Of a stretch of 64,000 nucleotides of DNA, positions 48,614 through 64,000 are shown in pieces. Both the position numbers and the translations under genes were made by a program. The notes beneath the pieces are model-generated. The model had not been told where the DNA came from. It saw only the letters and a program-made list of their open reading frames with translations, and did no database searches. Origin of the DNA: a virus. Position 1 is the stretch's first letter. Each line of letters opens with the position of its first letter. Where the stretch lies: the UHGV virus genome UHGV-2113617; one strand, 5' to 3'.

Positions 48614-50418
48614 TGAAACAAAATATTAATATCGGTAATGTTGTTGATGATGGTACCGGTGACTACCTGCGTAAAGGTGGTATAAAAATAAATGAAAACT
48701 TTGATGAACTTTATTATGAACTTGGCGATGGAGATGTTCCATATTCAGCCGGTGCCTGGAAAACTTATAATGCTTCATCCGGTCAAACATTAAAAGCTAA
48801 GTGGGGAAAATCATACGCTATTAATACCTCTTCTGGAAGAGTAACTTTACAACTTCCTAAAGGAACTGTTAATGATTATAATAAAGTAATTAGAGCTAGG
48901 GATGTATTTGCAACATGGAACATTAATCCAGTTACTTTAGTAGCTGCTTCTGGGGATACAATTAAAGGGTCGTCATCGTCAGTTGAAATTAATATTCAAT
49001 TTAGTGATTTAGAGCTCGTTTATTGCGCTCCAGGACGTTGGGAGTATGTCAAAAACAAACAAATTGATAAAATTATTAGTTCAGATATTAGTAATGTAGC
49101 TCGCAAAGAATTTTTAGTAGAAGTTCAAGGACAAACTGACTTTTTAGATGTTTTCCATGGAACTAGTTATAATGTCAATAACATCAGAGTAAAACACCGC
49201 GGTAACGAATTATATTACGGCGATGTATTTAGTGAAAACAGTGACTTTGGCTCTCCGGGGGAAAATGAAGGAGAATTAATTCCTCTTGATGGATTTAATA
49301 TTAGGTTAAGACAGCCTTGTAATATTGGCGACACTGTTCAAATTGAAACGTTTATGGATGGTGTATCACAATGGAGAAGTTCATATACAAGACGCCAAAT
49401 AAAAGTGCTAGATTCAAAACTAACATCAAAGACTTCTTTAGAAGGAAGCATTTATGTTACTGATTTATCGGCGATGAAATCAATTCCATTTTCAGCTTTT
49501 GGATTAATTCCTGGCGAACCCATTAATCCTAATTCTCTTGAGGTTCGTTTTAATGGAATTTTACAGCAACAGGCTGGAACAGCTGGGTATCCTCTGTTTT
49601 TGTGCGAAGGCGCTAATTCAGATACGCAAGAAGGATGTATATCTCTTGGTGGCGAATGGAAAGAATCAAACACAGATTATTCTATAGAATATGAAGATGG
49701 AAAACCTACCAGTCTTTTATTTGATAGAAAATTTGAATCAGGCGATATAATCGTTATAACGTGGTTCAATAATGATTTAGGAACTCTTTTAGAAAAAGAT
49801 GACATCATTGAATTAACGGATGACCGTTATGTTAGTAAAGGATCATCTACCGAAGTTACTGGTGATGTAGCCTTAACAGATTTTGATAAAATCGGTTGGC
49901 CAAATGTTGAAAAAGTTGATTCTTATACTAGAACGTATAATTCAATATCATCTATTTTCGATAGCATTTATCCTGTAGGTTCAATTTATGAAAATGCTAT
50001 AAATCCAAATAATCCGGTGACTTATATGGGATTTGGTTCATGGAAATTATTTGGTAAAGGACAAGTTTTAGTAGGATGGAATGATGATGTTACGGATCCA
50101 AACTTTGCTTTAAACAATAATGATTTAGATTCTAGCGGAAATCCTTCACATACTGCCGGTGGAACAGTTGGAACAACATCGGTGACACTTGAGAACGCAA
50201 ATCTTCCTGCGACTAAAACTGATGAAAAAGTTTTAATTGAAGATGAAAACGGATCAGTTATTATTGGAGGTTGTCAATATGACCCAGACGAAACTGGTCC
50301 TATATATACAAAATATCGTGAAGACTACGCAACAACAAACTCTTCACATACTCCTCCTACTAATATTAGTAATATTCAACCGTCTATTACTGTATACCGT
50401 TGGATAAGGATTGCATAA
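48613..50418 (+). CDS. 10: baseplate wedge / short-fiber attachment gp10
   Basis: 601 aa. Confidence 0.9.
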   Translation: MKQNINIGNVVDDGTGDYLRKGGIKINENFDELYYELGDGDVPYSAGAWKTYNASSGQTLKAKWGKSYAINTSSGRVTLQLPKGTVNDYNKVIRARDVFATWNINPVTLVAASGDTIKGSSSSVEINIQFSDLELVYCAPGRWEYVKNKQIDKIISSDISNVARKEFLVEVQGQTDFLDVFHGTSYNVNNIRVKHRGNELYYGDVFSENSDFGSPGENEGELIPLDGFNIRLRQPCNIGDTVQIETFMDGVSQWRSSYTRRQIKVLDSKLTSKTSLEGSIYVTDLSAMKSIPFSAFGLIPGEPINPNSLEVRFNGILQQQAGTAGYPLFLCEGANSDTQEGCISLGGEWKESNTDYSIEYEDGKPTSLLFDRKFESGDIIVITWFNNDLGTLLEKDDIIELTDDRYVSKGSSTEVTGDVALTDFDKIGWPNVEKVDSYTRTYNSISSIFDSIYPVGSIYENAINPNNPVTYMGFGSWKLFGKGQVLVGWNDDVTDPNFALNNNDLDSSGNPSHTAGGTVGTTSVTLENANLPATKTDEKVLIEDENGSVIIGGCQYDPDETGPIYTKYREDYATTNSSHTPPTNISNIQPSITVYRWIRIA

Positions 50419-51077
50419 TGAGTTTACTTAATAATAAAGCGGGAGTTATTTCCCGCTTAGCAGATTTTCTTGGTTTTAGAACTAAGAAAAATGATATTTC
50501 GGTTATGAATAATCAGCCAGTAGGCGCTGTAACAATTTCACAAATAGCAAAAGGTTTTTATGACCCGAATGTAGAATCTGCTATCAATGATGTTAGAAAT
50601 ATGGCAGAGCAACCGGTTGGAGCTGTATTAGTTAATATAAGCGGCGTATCTCCTACTGGCGTGCAACAAACCGACTATTGGTCATTTGAAGGAACTGTTA
50701 CTGATACTTCAGTCAAATCAGGTGACCCAGTTATTGTTAACATGTTTGGTATTCCAGTTAAAGCTACTAATGGAATGACTTCAATTGAATTTACTAGTGC
50801 CGTTAGAATAGCTCTACAGGAAATGGTTGTAAAATTTATTGCAATTGATTCATTTGAAGGCCATCCTACCATAGGAAATAAAATACAAGTTAAGTATTTA
50901 GATAACCAAGAACATATCTTAGAACAATACTCTGATAAAGGAATTACTTTCAAACAGGAAATAATTTCTCCTTCTAAACCTGGGTATGGAACTTGGCAAT
51001 TATTAGGTGCGCAAACTGTTACGCTAGATAGTCACACACAACCTACAGTATTTTATTATTTTGAGAGAGTAGCATGA
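50418..51077 (+). CDS. 11: baseplate wedge protein gp11
   Basis: 219 aa from [14 protein letters not shown] overlap with gene 10. Confidence 0.85.
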   Translation: MSLLNNKAGVISRLADFLGFRTKKNDISVMNNQPVGAVTISQIAKGFYDPNVESAINDVRNMAEQPVGAVLVNISGVSPTGVQQTDYWSFEGTVTDTSVKSGDPVIVNMFGIPVKATNGMTSIEFTSAVRIALQEMVVKFIAIDSFEGHPTIGNKIQVKYLDNQEHILEQYSDKGITFKQEIISPSKPGYGTWQLLGAQTVTLDSHTQPTVFYYFERVA

Positions 51078-52624
51078 GTAACAATACATATCAGCACGTA
51101 TCAAATGAATCAAAATATGTTAAATTCGATCCTACTGGATCGAATTTTCCTGGCACTGTTACGACAGTACAGTCTGCATTATCAAAAATAAGTAATATCG
51201 GCGTAAATGGTATTCCTGATGCAACTATGGAAGTTAAAGGAATAGCAATGATTGCGTCAGAGCAAGAGGTTTTAGATGGAACTAATAATTCTAAAATCGT
51301 TACACCAGCTACATTAGCAACAAGATTATTGTATCCAAATGCTACTGAAACTAAATATGGTTTAACGCGTTATTCAACAAATGAAGAAACATTAAAAGGC
51401 TCAGATAATAATTCATCAATAACACCACAAAAACTGAAATACCACACTGACGATGTGTTCAAAAATAGATATTCGTCTGAGTCATCAAACGGGGTTATTA
51501 AAATATCATCTACACCTGCAGCTTTGGCTGGAGTTGATGATACTACTGCGATGACTCCGCTAAAAACCCAAAAACTTGCAATAAAATTAATTTCGCAAAT
51601 AGCTCCTTCAGAAGACACTGCAACAGAATCGGTGAGAGGAGTAGTTCAATTATCTACTGTTGCACAAATTCGTCAAGGAACTCTCCGCGAAGGATATGCA
51701 ATTTCCCCGTATACCTTTATGAATTCTGTTGCAACACATGAATATAAGGGTGTTATACGCCTAGGAACGCAGACTGAAATTAATAATAATTTGGGTGGTG
51801 TTGCAGTAACAGGTGAAACACTAAATGGTCGAGGAGCTACCGGTTCTATGCGTGGAGTAGTTAAATTAACGACGCAAGCCGGTATTGCCCCTGAAGGTGA
51901 TAGCTCTGGAGCATTAGCATGGAACGCAGATGTAATTAATACTCGTGGTGGACAAACTATTAATGGTTCTTTAAATTTAGACCATCTTACAGCAAATGGA
52001 ATTTGGTCACGCGGTGGAATGTGGAAAAATGGCGATCAACCTGTTGCCACTGAAAGATATGCGTCCGAACGAGTTCCGGTTGGAACTATTATGATGTTTG
52101 CGGGTGATTCAGCACCTCCAGGTTGGATTATGTGTCATGGTGGAACCGTGTCAGGTGACCAATTTCCTGATTATAGAAACGTAGTTGGAACAAGATTTGG
52201 TGGCGATTGGAATAATCCTGGCGTTCCTGATATGCGGGGTCTTTTCGTCAGAGGAGCCGGCACAGGCGGTCATATTTTAAATCAACGTGGACAAGATGGC
52301 TATGGAAAGGATAGACTGGGCGTAGGATGTGACGGAATGCATGTTGGTGGTGTTCAGGCACAACAAATGTCATACCATAAACATGCTGGTGGTTGGGGTG
52401 AATATAACAGAAGTGAAGGCCCATTTGGCGCGTCAGTTTATCAAGGATATCTTGGAACTAGAAAATATTCCGACTGGGATAATGCTTCATACTTCACTAA
52501 TGATGGATTTGAATTAGGTGGACCGAGAGATGCTCATGGTACACTTAATCGTGAAGGATTAATTGGTTATGAAACTAGACCATGGAATATATCATTAAAC
52601 TATATTATTAAAGTTCATTACTAA
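51074..52624 (+). CDS. 12: short tail fiber gp12
   Basis: 516 aa. Confidence 0.85.
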   Translation: MSNNTYQHVSNESKYVKFDPTGSNFPGTVTTVQSALSKISNIGVNGIPDATMEVKGIAMIASEQEVLDGTNNSKIVTPATLATRLLYPNATETKYGLTRYSTNEETLKGSDNNSSITPQKLKYHTDDVFKNRYSSESSNGVIKISSTPAALAGVDDTTAMTPLKTQKLAIKLISQIAPSEDTATESVRGVVQLSTVAQIRQGTLREGYAISPYTFMNSVATHEYKGVIRLGTQTEINNNLGGVAVTGETLNGRGATGSMRGVVKLTTQAGIAPEGDSSGALAWNADVINTRGGQTINGSLNLDHLTANGIWSRGGMWKNGDQPVATERYASERVPVGTIMMFAGDSAPPGWIMCHGGTVSGDQFPDYRNVVGTRFGGDWNNPGVPDMRGLFVRGAGTGGHILNQRGQDGYGKDRLGVGCDGMHVGGVQAQQMSYHKHAGGWGEYNRSEGPFGASVYQGYLGTRKYSDWDNASYFTNDGFELGGPRDAHGTLNREGLIGYETRPWNISLNYIIKVHY

Positions 52625-52633
52625 GGATTACAA

Positions 52634-54091
52634 ATGATTGAATTAAAAGAGTTACCTTTTGTTGATAGCGTTCCTGACGAAGGTCAGGAACGTATTTCAT
52701 GGATTAAAAATGGTGAAGAAATATTAGGAGCTAGTACTAAGTATGGAAATGATGGATCAATGAATAGACCAATTGTTTCCGTGTTTAAAAACGTCGAAGT
52801 TCTTGATGAAAATGTGGGAATTCTTAAAACTGCCATTGAAACATCACAGAAAGATATTAAAACAATTCAAGGAGTTTTAGATGTATCAGGAGATATAGAA
52901 GCACTATCGCAGATCAGTGTTAATAAAAATGACATATCGAATTTAAAGACACTTACCAGTGAACACACTGATATATTAACTGGAACTAATAATACAGTTG
53001 ACAAAATTATTGCTGATATAGGTCCATTTAATGATGAAGAAAACTCTGTCTATAGAACAATTAGAAATGATTTATTGTGGATTAAACAGGAATTAGGACA
53101 ATATTCTGGCCAAGACATTAACGGTCTTCCTGTTGTTGGTAATGCTAGCACAGGAATGAAACACAGAATAATAACAAATAGTACATTATTATCTTCACAA
53201 GGCATTCGTTTAAGTGAATTAGAAAATAAATTTACTGAATCTGACGTAGGATCATTAACTGTTGAAGTTGGTAAATTACGTGATGAACTTGGTAATAAAC
53301 CAGTAGATTTTGGGCCAAATATTTATAATAGATTAAACACCATAGATGATAAACAAACTTTAATAATTTCTGATATAGCAGAAATTAAATCTTCTATTGG
53401 ATACCCAGAAAATGTTTCTATAATAACAGAAATTAATAATAACAAAAGTAGCATTGAAGCTATTAATAATGAATTAAATCAGAGTGAAGGTGTTAAACAG
53501 CGCTTAACGGCTATTGAAACTTCTATAGGTTCAGATGATATTCCTTCTAGTATTAAAGGAAAAATTAAAAATCACACAACTTCTATTGAGTCTTTAAACG
53601 GAATTGTTGGTGAAAACACTTCGTCTGGTTTAAGAGCGAATGTTTCGTGGTTAAATCAAATTGTTGGAACTGACTCCAGCGGAGGACAACCGTCTCCTTC
53701 TGGATCTCTATTAAATAAAGTTTCAGTGCTTGAAGGAGAAGTTTCAGTTTTAAACAATAATGTTCAAAATATACAAGTTGAAATAGGAAATAATAGAACA
53801 GGAATTAAAGGTCAAGTTATTGAACTTACTTCACTTATAAATGGAAATAATCCTGACGGATCAACTGTTGAAGAACGAGGATTAACTAATTCTATAAAAA
53901 CGAATGAAACTAACATTGCGGCAGTCACACATGAAGTAAATACAGCTAAAGACAATATATCCTCTTTACAGAGCAGCGTTCAAGCTCTACAAGAAGCAGG
54001 TTATATTCCTGAAGCTCCAAAAGATGGCCAAGCTTACGTTCGTAAAGACGGCGAATGGGTACTACTTTCTACCTTTTTATCACCAGCATAA
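52634..54091 (+). CDS. wac: fibritin (whisker)
   Basis: 485 aa; heptad coiled coil; C-terminal foldon [27 protein letters not shown]. Confidence 0.95.
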   Translation: MIELKELPFVDSVPDEGQERISWIKNGEEILGASTKYGNDGSMNRPIVSVFKNVEVLDENVGILKTAIETSQKDIKTIQGVLDVSGDIEALSQISVNKNDISNLKTLTSEHTDILTGTNNTVDKIIADIGPFNDEENSVYRTIRNDLLWIKQELGQYSGQDINGLPVVGNASTGMKHRIITNSTLLSSQGIRLSELENKFTESDVGSLTVEVGKLRDELGNKPVDFGPNIYNRLNTIDDKQTLIISDIAEIKSSIGYPENVSIITEINNNKSSIEAINNELNQSEGVKQRLTAIETSIGSDDIPSSIKGKIKNHTTSIESLNGIVGENTSSGLRANVSWLNQIVGTDSSGGQPSPSGSLLNKVSVLEGEVSVLNNNVQNIQVEIGNNRTGIKGQVIELTSLINGNNPDGSTVEERGLTNSIKTNETNIAAVTHEVNTAKDNISSLQSSVQALQEAGYIPEAPKDGQAYVRKDGEWVLLSTFLSPA

Positions 54092-54094
54092 CAT

Positions 54095-54110
54095 GGGGCC
54101 GCAAGGCCCC
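54095..54110 (+). terminator. hairpin after wac (possible terminator)
   Basis: GGGGCC-GCAA-GGCCCC; weak U-tract. Confidence 0.45.
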
Positions 54111-54122
54111 AAAGGATTTTAA

Positions 54123-55824
<1,702 letters not shown>

Positions 55825-55865
55825 TAAATATTATAAACTAATTAAAGCCCAGATTAGGAGAAATC

Positions 55866-59006
<3,141 letters not shown>

Positions 59007-59034
59007 TATTAAAGCATATTAAAGAGGATTAAAA

Positions 59035-61017
59035 ATGACTTTATTATCTCCGGGCATTGAGCTCAAAGAAACTACGGTTCAAAGCACCGTGGTTAATAAC
59101 TCTACTGGTACAGCAGCTTTGGCCGGTAAATTCCAGTGGGGTCCTGCTTTTCAGATTAAACAGGTTACAAATGAAGTAGATTTAGTTAATACTTTTGGTC
59201 AACCAACCGCTGAAACTGCTGACTATTTTATGTCTGCGATGAATTTCTTGCAGTACGGAAATGACTTACGAGTAGTTCGTGCTGTTGATAGAGATACCGC
59301 TAAAAACTCATCGCCAATTGCCGGTAATATTGAATACACAATTTCTACCCCAGGTAGTAACTATGCGGTTGGAGATAAAATCACGGTCAAATATGTTTCA
59401 GATGATATTGAAACTGAAGGTAAAATTACTGAAGTAGACGCAGATGGAAAAATTAAGAAAATTAATATTCCTACTGCAAAAATTATCGCTAAAGCTAAAG
59501 AAGTCGGTGAATATCCAGAATTAGGTTCTAACTGGACTGCGGAAATTTCTTCGTCTTCCTCCTCTGGTTTAGCCGCAGTAATAACTCTTGGAAAAATTAT
59601 TACTGATTCTGGTATTTTATTAGCTGAAATTGAAAATGCTGAAGCTGCTATGACAGCGGTCGACTTTCAAGCAAATCTCGAAAAATACGGAATTCCAGGA
59701 ATAGTAGCTCTTTATCCAGGCGAATTAGGCGATAAAATTGAAATTGAAATCGTATCTAAAGCTGACTATGCAAAAGGAGCTTCTGCATTACTCCCAATTT
59801 ATCCAGGTGGTGGTACTCGTGCATCTACTGCCAAAGCAGTGTTTGGATATGGACCGCAAACTGATTCACAGTACGCTATTATAGTTCGTCGCAATGATGC
59901 TATTGTTCAAAGCGTTGTTCTTTCAACTAAGCGTGGTGAAAAAGATATTTACGATAGTAACATCTATATCGATGACTTTTTCGCAAAAGGCGGCTCAGAA
60001 TATATTTTTGCAACTGCACAAAACTGGCCAGAAGGCTTCTCTGGAATTTTAACTCTGTCTGGTGGATTATCATCAAATGCTGAAGTAACAGCAGGAGATT
60101 TGATGGAAGCTTGGGACTTCTTTGCTGACCGCGAATCTGTTGACGTTCAGTTGTTTATTGCGGGTTCTTGTGCCGGTGAATCTCTTGAAACAGCATCTAC
60201 TGTCCAAAAACATGTTGTTTCAATTGGTGATGCTCGTCAAGATTGCTTAGTATTATGCTCACCTCCGCGTGAAACTGTAGTTGGAATTCCTGTAACTCGT
60301 GCAGTAGATAATTTAGTTAACTGGAGAACTGCAGCAGGTTCATACACTGATAATAACTTTAATATCAGTTCAACCTACGCAGCAATTGATGGTAACTACA
60401 AATATCAGTATGACAAATATAATGATGTGAATCGTTGGGTTCCATTAGCAGCTGATATTGCTGGTTTATGCGCAAGAACTGATAACGTATCTCAGACTTG
60501 GATGTCTCCAGCTGGTTATAATCGTGGCCAGATTCTTAACGTTATTAAACTTGCTATTGAAACTCGCCAAGCTCAGCGCGACCGTTTATATCAAGAAGCT
60601 ATCAACCCAGTAACTGGTACAGGTGGTGATGGTTACGTATTGTATGGTGATAAAACAGCTACTTCTGTTCCTTCTCCATTTGATCGTATTAACGTTCGTC
60701 GTCTGTTTAATATGTTGAAAACGAATATCGGACGTAGTTCAAAATATCGTTTGTTCGAATTAAACAACGCGTTTACTCGTTCATCATTCCGCACAGAAAC
60801 TGCCCAATACTTACAGGGAATTAAAGCTCTCGGTGGAATTTATGAATATCGTGTAGTTTGCGATACAACAAATAACACTCCGTCAGTAATTGATAGAAAT
60901 GAGTTTGTTGCAACATTCTACATCCAACCGGCTCGTAGTATAAATTATATCCAACTTAATTTCGTCGCAACTGCTACTGGTGCAGATTTCGATGAGTTAA
61001 CTGGTCTTGCAGGTTAA
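59035..61017 (+). CDS. 18: tail sheath protein
   Basis: 660 aa. Confidence 0.95.
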   Translation: MTLLSPGIELKETTVQSTVVNNSTGTAALAGKFQWGPAFQIKQVTNEVDLVNTFGQPTAETADYFMSAMNFLQYGNDLRVVRAVDRDTAKNSSPIAGNIEYTISTPGSNYAVGDKITVKYVSDDIETEGKITEVDADGKIKKINIPTAKIIAKAKEVGEYPELGSNWTAEISSSSSSGLAAVITLGKIITDSGILLAEIENAEAAMTAVDFQANLEKYGIPGIVALYPGELGDKIEIEIVSKADYAKGASALLPIYPGGGTRASTAKAVFGYGPQTDSQYAIIVRRNDAIVQSVVLSTKRGEKDIYDSNIYIDDFFAKGGSEYIFATAQNWPEGFSGILTLSGGLSSNAEVTAGDLMEAWDFFADRESVDVQLFIAGSCAGESLETASTVQKHVVSIGDARQDCLVLCSPPRETVVGIPVTRAVDNLVNWRTAAGSYTDNNFNISSTYAAIDGNYKYQYDKYNDVNRWVPLAADIAGLCARTDNVSQTWMSPAGYNRGQILNVIKLAIETRQAQRDRLYQEAINPVTGTGGDGYVLYGDKTATSVPSPFDRINVRRLFNMLKTNIGRSSKYRLFELNNAFTRSSFRTETAQYLQGIKALGGIYEYRVVCDTTNNTPSVIDRNEFVATFYIQPARSINYIQLNFVATATGADFDELTGLAG

Positions 61018-61025
61018 TTGATTGT

Positions 61026-61039
61026 GGGGCTTCGGCCCC
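61026..61039 (+). terminator. hairpin after gene 18
   Basis: GGGGC-TTCG-GCCCC; weak U-tract. Confidence 0.45.
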
Positions 61040-61056
61040 TATTCTCGAGGAAACAA

Positions 61057-61662
61057 GTGATTATTTCTAAGTTTGTTACAATAAAACCAAGAAATCATTC
61101 AAAAATGTGGTCGGCAATTCTAGGTTATGAAGTATCATATCATGATACAATATCTGTTCCAATAGAATTAATGCCAAAGAATAGTAATAAAATAGTTGAC
61201 GCTAAATGTGATTTGTGCGGTATTAAATTTAGTAGAAGCATTCAGCTTTTAAATAGAACACCCACACATGCGTGTAGAAAATGCAGCATTAAACAAGTTG
61301 CTATTAAAAATTCGGAAGTTCAATCCGGAATAAGCAGACCATGGCAAAGAGGCGATAAACATCCTCGATGGACTGGTAAAAGAAAAGAGTTTGCATTATA
61401 TGCTAGTAGAGTTCATTCTATAACTAAGTCAGCTAAAATAAGAAAAATTTGGTCAAAATGGCCGAATGCTGATAAAATAGGAGTGTGCGGTGTAGAAGGT
61501 GCTTATCAACTCGATCATAAAGTATCTATCAAATATGGATTTGATAATTTAATTCCGCCGGAAATTATAGCAAGCGTAAAAAATTTAGAAATAATCACTT
61601 GGGAATCTAACCGAGAAAAGTCAAAAAGAAATAGCGTAGATCTTTGGGATTTACTAGAATGA
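61057..61662 (+). mobile_element. freestanding HNH homing endonuclease gene inserted between genes 18 and 19
   Basis: about 201 aa from GTG 61057 (GAGGAAA RBS) or ATG 61105; zinc finger CDLCG...CRKC; HNH motif YQLDHKVSIKYGFDN...NLEIITWESNREK. Confidence 0.7.
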
Positions 61663-61669
61663 TTCTAAA

Positions 61670-61687
61670 GGCCTGTTTCGGCAGGCC
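61670..61687 (+). terminator. hairpin after HNH gene
   Basis: GGCCTG-6 nt-CAGGCC. Confidence 0.4.
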
Positions 61688-61688
61688 A

Positions 61689-61755
61689 TATAAATACACT
61701 ATATCCTTAATTCTTTAATTCTATATGCCCTAGGTTAAACATAGGGATATAAATA
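61689..61755 (+). promoter_or_regulatory. two T4 late promoters for gene 19
   Basis: TATAAATA at 61689-61696 and 61748-61755. Confidence 0.7.
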
Positions 61756-61769
61756 CTACAGAGGCTAAT

Positions 61770-62261
61770 ATGTTTGTAGATGATGTAACACGAGCGTTTG
61801 AATCTGGTGATTTTGCTCGACCTAACTTATTCCAAGTAGAAATTTCTTATCTTGGACAAAATTTTACATTCCAATGTAAAGCCACTGCTTTACCAGCTGG
61901 TATTGTAGAAAAAATTCCAGTCGGATTTATGAACCGTAAAATTAACGTAGCAGGCGATCGTACATTCGATGACTGGACTGTTACAGTAATGAACGATGAA
62001 GCTCATGATGCTCGCCAGAAGTTTGTTGATTGGCAAAGCATTGCTGCTGGTCAAGGAAACGAAATTACTGGTGGAAAACCTGCAGAGTATAAAAAGAGCG
62101 CTATTGTTCGTCAATATGCTCGTGATGCTAAAACAGTAACAAAAGAAATTGAAATTAAAGGTCTGTGGCCTACTAACGTGGGTGAACTTCAATTAGATTG
62201 GGATTCAAACAATGAAATCCAAACCTTTGAAGTAACTCTTGCTCTCGATTATTGGGAATAA
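61770..62261 (+). CDS. 19: tail tube protein
   Basis: 163 aa. Confidence 0.95.
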   Translation: MFVDDVTRAFESGDFARPNLFQVEISYLGQNFTFQCKATALPAGIVEKIPVGFMNRKINVAGDRTFDDWTVTVMNDEAHDARQKFVDWQSIAAGQGNEITGGKPAEYKKSAIVRQYARDAKTVTKEIEIKGLWPTNVGELQLDWDSNNEIQTFEVTLALDYWE

Positions 62262-62268
62262 AATGAAT

Positions 62269-62282
62269 GGGGAGAAATCCCC
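62269..62282 (+). terminator. hairpin after gene 19
   Basis: GGGGA-GAAA-TCCCC. Confidence 0.4.
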
Positions 62283-62293
62283 ATCCTGCTTAA

Positions 62294-63918
<1,625 letters not shown>

Positions 63919-63919
<1 letters not shown>

Positions 63920-64000
63920 TGGAAGGTTTAATTGAAGCTATTAAATCAAACGACCTCGTAGCCGCTCGTAAATTATTTGCTGAAGCCATGGCTGCAAGAA
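63919..64000 (+). CDS. 67: prohead core protein gp67, N-terminal part (runs past window end)
   Basis: MEGLIEAIKSNDLVAARKLFAEAMAAR; TAATG overlap with gene 20. Confidence 0.7.

Overview
This window is a contiguous stretch of a T4-like (T-even, Tevenvirinae) phage genome in the standard T4 orientation. Calls rest on reading the six-frame translations and motifs by eye and on recalled T4 gene order; no database search was run. Positions 1-38426 are the minus-strand early/middle region: the 5' end of a-gt, late sigma factor gp55, the anaerobic ribonucleotide reductase module (nrdH-like, nrdG, an uninterrupted nrdD), endonuclease VII, thioredoxin nrdC, a hyperplastic block of uncharacterized genes, rI, tk, a macro-domain protein, regB, a GrcA-like glycyl-radical cofactor, internal proteins II and III, lysozyme e, nudE, eight tRNAs with the GIY-YIG endonuclease segB, an ipI-locus protein, 57B (Acb1), 57A and genes 1, 3, 2, 4. 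Positions 38474-64000 are the plus-strand late structural module (53, 5, 5.1, 5.4, 6-12, wac, 13-18, 19, 20, start of 67) with an HNH endonuclease gene inserted between 18 and 19. Thirteen early promoters (GTTTAC, 18 bp, TATAGT/TATAAT) and nine TATAAATA late promoters are visible, plus hairpin terminators. The best candidates for an undescribed system are: a late-promoter, terminator-flanked cassette encoding a 157-aa protein with an internal-protein-like capsid-targeting N-terminus (31843-32427); four tandem coiled-coil paralogs (9343-13314); and an AAA ATPase / NTase-fold / membrane-protein cluster (14783-17815). None of these assignments is proven; I could not tell which single locus is the intended one.
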